Assembly: GCA_963719225.1 (NCBI GenBank)
Contig: CAVRAY010000001.1
Coordinates: forward strand, 704,001 to 768,000
Origin: Thermoanaerobaculia bacterium
GTDB taxonomy: Bacteria > Acidobacteriota > Thermoanaerobaculia > UBA5066
Length of the DNA: 64,000 nt
Direction: 5' to 3'
The stretch's first letter is position 1. Each line of letters starts with the position of its first letter. The position numbers were made by a program, and so were the translations under genes. Below are positions 59,243-64,000 of the stretch, piece by piece. The notes under the pieces were generated by a model. The model ran no database searches. It was not told the origin of the DNA and saw nothing but the letters and a program-made list of their open reading frames with translations.

Positions 59243-60105
59243 TCGAGGGCCGGGCCGGGCGTTTTGCCGTCGTCGGCGATCTCCAGCGCACCTCGCGCGC
59301 GGAATTCTGGCGGGAGTCGAATCCCGAGGAGCGGCGTCGGCTCGTCGCGGAGATCGCGGCTCGGGGTCCGGACTTCGTCGTCGGGCTCGGCGACCTCGTC
59401 TTCCACGGATCGTCACGCCGGGACTGGGAGGGGTTCGACGCGTTGACGGCGCCGCTTCGCGCCGCAGCTGTGCCGATCCTGCCGATCCTCGGGAACCACG
59501 AGTACTGGGGGCGCCGGAGCTCCGCGTGGCGCAACGTCGTGGCACGCTTCCCGCATCTCGCGATGAGCCGCTGGTATGCCGAGACGTACCGTTCCCTTCG
59601 TCTACTATTCCTCGACTCGAACGAGGGCGCCCTCGGTGAAGCGGCATGGCGCGAAGAAACCGGCTGGCTGGAAGCAGAGCTAGCGAGGGCCGACGCGGAA
59701 GAGGCCGTGAAAGGCGTGGTCGTTTTCGTCCACCATCCGCCGTACACGAACAGCACCGTCACGGGAGACGAGCTCCACGTGAGGAGGGCTTTCGTGCCGC
59801 CCTTCGCCGCGTCGAAGAAGACGATCGCGATGGTCTCCGGTCACGTTCACAGCTACGAGCATTTCGTTCGCGGCGGCAAGACCTTCCTCGTCGCGGGCGG
59901 CGGCGGAGGGCCGCGTGTACGGCTCGCCCGCGGCGCGAGGCGCCGACACGCGGACGACGTCTTCGAGGGGCCGGAGGTGCGCCACTTCCACTTCCTGCTC
60001 TGCAACCCCGGCGCCTCGGGCCTGGACGTCGAGGTAGTCGGGCTCGAGAAGGGAAGCGATACGTTCTTCCCTTTGGCGCGGTTCGCGCTCGCATGGCCGC
60101 CCTGA
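59239..60105 (+). CDS. Calcineurin-like metallophosphoesterase
   Basis: VVGDLQ, LGDLV, GNHE, HHPPY, SGHVHSYE; TTG overlapping the upstream TGA. Confidence 0.88.
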   Translation: MIEGRAGRFAVVGDLQRTSRAEFWRESNPEERRRLVAEIAARGPDFVVGLGDLVFHGSSRRDWEGFDALTAPLRAAAVPILPILGNHEYWGRRSSAWRNVVARFPHLAMSRWYAETYRSLRLLFLDSNEGALGEAAWREETGWLEAELARADAEEAVKGVVVFVHHPPYTNSTVTGDELHVRRAFVPPFAASKKTIAMVSGHVHSYEHFVRGGKTFLVAGGGGGPRVRLARGARRRHADDVFEGPEVRHFHFLLCNPGASGLDVEVVGLEKGSDTFFPLARFALAWPP

Positions 60106-60120
60106 AACGCGCTCACACCT

Positions 60121-60912
60121 CTATTCGAATCCGGCCCCGGCCCCCGCAAAGAGCTCGTGGCGGACGGCGTCCATTTCCGCTCGCGTGCGCGCGAGCAGCG
60201 CCGGGAGGTCTTCCTCCGTCATGCCGGCCGTCGGGATCGGCTCGAGGACCTTCACCTTGATGTTGCCCGGGCGGACGAGCAGCCGCCTCGCGTCGAGGAC
60301 GGGAGCGAGCGGACCGACGATGAGCGGAACGACCGGAACCTGCGCCGCGATGGCGAGGTGAAAGGCGCCCTTTTTGAAAGGGAGCATCTCGGGTCCCTGG
60401 TTCCGGTGGCCCTCGGGCGCCATCCAGACGCGCAGGCCCTCCTGCCGGATCTTGCGTGCGGCTTCCGCGATCGACGTCCGCGCCTTCGCCGCGTTCTCGC
60501 GATCGATCAGGATGTTGCCGGTCGCGCGAAAAAGCCAGCCGAAGATCGGAATGAGGCCGATCTGTTTCTTGCCGATGATCACCGTCGAGTCGGGAAAGAA
60601 GGCGGCCCACACGACGGCATCGAGGTTCGACTGGTGGTTTCCCACGAGAACCGCCGGGCGGTGCGCGACGAGGCGCTCGGCGTGCTCCACCTCCACCGTC
60701 CAGCCGAGGACCGGCATCATCGTGCCGGACCATCGGTCCAGCCAGAGTCGCGTGGCGCGGTCGCGCTCCCATCTCAGGACGACGAGCCGAAAGAGCGCGA
60801 GGACCGAGAGGCCGAGGAAGAGAACTCCGCCGAAGAGCGACGCCCCGACGAAATACACGCGGGTGAAAAGCCGGCGCGCGGCGCCGGCAATTCCGCCTCC
60901 GGGTTCGGGCAT
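60121..60912 (-). CDS. plsC: 1-acyl-sn-glycerol-3-phosphate acyltransferase
   Basis: NHQSNLD, IDR, PEGHR, FKKGAFHLA. Confidence 0.88.
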   Translation of the reverse strand: MPEPGGGIAGAARRLFTRVYFVGASLFGGVLFLGLSVLALFRLVVLRWERDRATRLWLDRWSGTMMPVLGWTVEVEHAERLVAHRPAVLVGNHQSNLDAVVWAAFFPDSTVIIGKKQIGLIPIFGWLFRATGNILIDRENAAKARTSIAEAARKIRQEGLRVWMAPEGHRNQGPEMLPFKKGAFHLAIAAQVPVVPLIVGPLAPVLDARRLLVRPGNIKVKVLEPIPTAGMTEEDLPALLARTRAEMDAVRHELFAGAGAGFE

Positions 60913-60930
60913 GCCGCAATATAGCCCGCG

Positions 60931-62250
60931 GTGAAGCCCGATGTCGTCGTCGTGGGAGGGGGCGCGGCGGGCCTCCTCGCGGCGCTCGCGGCCGCCCGCG
61001 GCGGTCGCCGCGTCCTCGCGCTCGAAGCCGCGAAGGACGCGGGCCGGAAGATCCTCGTCTCCGGCGGCGGCCGCTGCAACGTCCTGCCGATGGAGGACGC
61101 GCCCCGTCGCTTCGTGTCCGAGTCGCCGAACCGCCTCGTGCGCCGCTTCCTGGAACGGTGGCCGCTTCCCGGCCAGCGTCTCTTCTTCGAGGAGCTCCTC
61201 GGCGGGGCGCTCCGCGAGGAGCCGGAGTCCCGGAAGCTCTTCCCGCCCTCGAACCGCGCGAAAGACGTGCGCGACGCGCTCCGTGACGCGTTGACGGCTG
61301 CGGGAGGGACGCTGCGCTCCGCGGCTCCCGTGCGCGGCGTCGCGCGGTCGGGTGACGGGTTCGCCGTGCGTCTCGACGGAGAAGAGATCGCCACCCCGCG
61401 CGTGATCCTCGCGACCGGCGGCCTCTCCGTCCTCGCGGGCGGCGCGGACGCGGCGGGTTACGGATGGGCCGCGGCGATGGGTCACACGGTCCGGCCGACG
61501 TACCCCGCGCTCGTGCCGCTCACGGGCGACGCGCCCGCGCATCACGCGCTCACGGGCGTCTCGTGCGGGGCGCGCGTCACCGCGCGGAGCGAGAAAGAAC
61601 GCGCCACGTCGAGCGGCGGCTTCCTCTTCACGCACAAGGGCTGGAGCGGCCCGGCGGTCCTCGACGTCTCGCATGTCGTCGCGCGCGCGGCGCTCGTCGG
61701 GAAGACGGCGGAAGTTCGGATTTGCTTCGGATTCGGAGAAGAAAGAAGAAGAGAAGAGGAAGAGAAGATTTCTGAGAATGGTCCCGTGCACAGCGCGGGC
61801 GGATCTCAGCCAGGCAACGCCGCCGCGCAGTGGGACGCTGCGCTTCGGGGCGCTGGGCGCCCAGGCGGCTCCGGGTCCCTCTCCCTCTTACCCTTTCTAA
61901 GAAAATCTTCTCTGCCTGACCGCCTTGCCAGCCTGATTCTCGATGTGGCACGGGTCCCGGACCAGAAGCTCTCTCTTCTTTCGCGCGAAGCGCGCGCGCG
62001 GGTCGTGGAAACGCTGACCGCGTTTCCCCTCCCCGCGACAGGGACCGAGGGCTACCGCACGGCGGAGGTGACGGGCGGGGGCGTCGCGCTCGAAGAGGTG
62101 GATCCGGGCAGCGGGAAGAGCCGGCTCGTGCCCGGCCTCTTTCTCGCCGGCGAGATCCTCGATGCCTTCGGTCCGATCGGCGGTTTCAATTTCCAATGGG
62201 CCTGGGCGACCGGCCGGACCGCGGGCAAGGCCGCGGCGCGTCTGACCTAG
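60931..62250 (+). CDS. HI0933/YhiN-family FAD-dependent oxidoreductase
   Basis: GGGAAG, GRKILVSGGGRCN, LFTHKGWSGP, VTGGGV, GGFNFQWA. Confidence 0.9.
   Translation: MKPDVVVVGGGAAGLLAALAAARGGRRVLALEAAKDAGRKILVSGGGRCNVLPMEDAPRRFVSESPNRLVRRFLERWPLPGQRLFFEELLGGALREEPESRKLFPPSNRAKDVRDALRDALTAAGGTLRSAAPVRGVARSGDGFAVRLDGEEIATPRVILATGGLSVLAGGADAAGYGWAAAMGHTVRPTYPALVPLTGDAPAHHALTGVSCGARVTARSEKERATSSGGFLFTHKGWSGPAVLDVSHVVARAALVGKTAEVRICFGFGEERRREEEEKISENGPVHSAGGSQPGNAAAQWDAALRGAGRPGGSGSLSLLPFLRKSSLPDRLASLILDVARVPDQKLSLLSREARARVVETLTAFPLPATGTEGYRTAEVTGGGVALEEVDPGSGKSRLVPGLFLAGEILDAFGPIGGFNFQWAWATGRTAGKAAARLT
61761..61913. repeat. Imperfect inverted repeat inside a CDS, preceded by a purine tract
   Basis: AGAGAAGATTT at 61761-61771 and its reverse complement at 61903-61913; purine-only run 61735-61768. 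Confidence 0.55.
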
Positions 62251-63579
62251 CAGGCTGCTGAAAAAGGGCTCCTGAAAATCGCGGCGAGGCATTGACTGCT
62301 GCGCGATGCGGCTGCACCTTGGTGTGCATGCGTGGAGACAACGAAAAGCAGGTCGATCTTGTCGTGACGATGACGCCCGAGGAGCTCGTGCCGCGGGACC
62401 ACCCGATCCGCAAGGTGAAGGCGCTTGCAGACGAAGCGCTCAGGCGTCTCGAGCCCAAGCTCGCCAGGCTGTACTCGGAGCGAGGGCGTCCATCGATTCC
62501 GCCCGAGATGCTTCTCAAGGCGCAGATCCTCATCGCGCTGTACAGCGTGAGAAGCGAGCGGCTCTTCTGCGAGCGGCTCGGGTACGACTTTCTCTTCCGC
62601 TGGTTCCTGGACATGCCGGGGCTTGCACCGGCCTTCGATCCGACGACCTTCTCGAAGAACCGCCAGAGACTGTTGGAGGCCGAGGTCTTCGAGGAGTTCT
62701 TCTCGGAAGTCGTCGCACAGGCCCGCAAGAAGTTTCTTCTCTCGGACGAGCACTTCACCGTGGACGGCACGCTGATCGAAGCGAACGCCTCCTTGAAGAG
62801 CTTCCAGCCCCGGAAGGACAAGGACGGTAAGGGCGGCGATGAGCCGCCAGCTCCTGGCGGCCGCAACGCCGATGTCGACTTTCGCGGCCAGAAGAGGCGC
62901 AACGACACGCACGCCTCGACGACCGATCCCGACGCCAAGCTCTACAAGAAGGGAGACGGCCAGCCTTCGCAGCTGTGCTACCTCGGCCACGTCTTGATGG
63001 AGAACAGAAACGGACTGTGCGTGAAGGCGCGCGTAACGACGGCCGACGGCTACGGGGAGAGGTCGGCCGCACTGGGCATGGTCGACGAGCTGGGCTCGGA
63101 CAAGCGCATCACGCTGGCCGGCGACAAGGGCTACGACACGAGGGATTTCATCGAAAGGCTCCGAGAGAGAGGCGTCACGCCCCACGTGGCCCAGAACACC
63201 ACCAACAGGCGCAGCGCCATCGACCGAAGGACGACGAGACACGCGGGCTACGCCGTGAGCCAGCGAATCAGGAAGCGCGTCGAAGAAATCTTCGGCTGGA
63301 GTAAGACCATCGGAGGCCTGGCCAAGACGCGCTTCCGAGGACTCGCCCGCGTGGCGGCTCACGTCCTCAGCGTGATGACGGCCTACAACCTCGTCCGAAT
63401 GGCGCGAATGGAGTCCTCGACCGCCTGATTCCCCCTGAAGCGCCCCTCGGTGCGACCGAAGCGGGCCGAAAAAGGCGAGCAGCACGGACTCACTCTCTCG
63501 AAGCAATCCCCTCTTTCAGCTTGACGTGTCTTCTCCCGCTCAAGCTCCTTTGAAAAAGAGCCCTTTCTTCAGCAGCCTG
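62251..63579 (+). mobile_element. IS5-family insertion sequence (1329 bp) with CTAG target duplication
   Basis: IRL CAGGCTGCTGAAAAAGGGCTC; IRR GAGCCCTTTCTTCAGCAGCCTG; CTAG at 62247-62250 and 63580-63583. Confidence 0.95.
62328..63428 (+). CDS. IS5-family DDE transposase
   Basis: GRPSIPPE, SERLFCE, VDGTLIEANAS, TTDPDAKL, AGDKGYD, RKRVEEIFGW. Confidence 0.93.
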   Translation: MRGDNEKQVDLVVTMTPEELVPRDHPIRKVKALADEALRRLEPKLARLYSERGRPSIPPEMLLKAQILIALYSVRSERLFCERLGYDFLFRWFLDMPGLAPAFDPTTFSKNRQRLLEAEVFEEFFSEVVAQARKKFLLSDEHFTVDGTLIEANASLKSFQPRKDKDGKGGDEPPAPGGRNADVDFRGQKRRNDTHASTTDPDAKLYKKGDGQPSQLCYLGHVLMENRNGLCVKARVTTADGYGERSAALGMVDELGSDKRITLAGDKGYDTRDFIERLRERGVTPHVAQNTTNRRSAIDRRTTRHAGYAVSQRIRKRVEEIFGWSKTIGGLAKTRFRGLARVAAHVLSVMTAYNLVRMARMESSTA

Positions 63580-64000
63580 CTAGATCTTCGCGCCGTCCCA
63601 CCAGCTCGAGAGATGCGCCGTGGGCGTTCCCGGGGCGCCGCTCGCGTAATGGGACACGTCGTTGAAGAGCGTCAGCCGCGCGTGCGAAGGGTCCTTGAAG
63701 TCCAGAACGTTCAGACACGCCGGGCTCTGATCGAGGCGGTCGCGGTAGAAGCGCGGATCGAAGCCGACGAGCGCCGAGACGAGCAGGCGAATCGTGGCCT
63801 TGTGCGAGACCACGAGGAACGGGCGGCCCGCGTTTTCCTCGACGAGAGAGGCGAGGGCGGGAAGCGCCCGCGCGGTGACGGCGAGCCCGGTCTCGCCGCC
63901 TGCCGGCGCGAACGTGTAGGGGTCCGACTCCCAGCGGGCGTATTCCTCGGGCCAGAGCGCCTCGACCTCCCGGCGCGTCTTCGCCTCCCAGCGTCCATGG
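63580..64000 (-). CDS. Histidine phosphatase family protein (3' part; start lies outside the window)
   Basis: GGETG, LVVSHKATIR, LFNDVSHY. Confidence 0.75.
   Translation of the reverse strand, partial: HGRWEAKTRREVEALWPEEYARWESDPYTFAPAGGETGLAVTARALPALASLVEENAGRPFLVVSHKATIRLLVSALVGFDPRFYRDRLDQSPACLNVLDFKDPSHARLTLFNDVSHYASGAPGTPTAHLSSWWDGAKI

Overview
High-GC bacterial chromosomal window. The gene content suggests Acidobacteriota, possibly Thermoanaerobaculia-like (inference only). In order: two secreted proteins (one a neprosin-type glutamic peptidase with a PKD domain) sharing a ~79% identical 114-aa C-terminal domain; a methyltransferase/glycosyltransferase locus; holB-tmk; a large signalling cluster; a selenocysteine formate dehydrogenase operon (fdnG-H-I-fdhE with in-frame UGA and SECIS); aguAB; assorted stress and peptidase genes; an orphan prepilin-like gene; vapBC; an osmoprotectant ABC transporter; bfd-bfr; pepQ; and an intact IS5-family element in a duplicated CTAG. 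The signalling cluster encodes a PDZ-TM-GAF-PP2C phosphatase, a TPR protein, a GAF-bEBP with a GVATGV loop, RsbW/RsbV/RsbU-like partner-switching genes, a twin aspartyl-protease lipoprotein and pcm, and it is interrupted by a malate synthase plus long ICL2-type isocitrate lyase operon. The best candidate for an undescribed system is this partner-switching module: it has no cognate alternative sigma factor nearby, it shares a paralogous GAF input with a sigma54 activator, and sigma54 -24/-12 motifs precede its own operon and several stress-type genes. Other signals are the shared C-terminal domain, three unannotated internally deleted mini-genes, many apparently leaderless genes, and an inverted-repeat insert inside a coding sequence. 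No rRNA, tRNA or CRISPR array was recognised. All calls come from reading motifs by eye; no database search was run.
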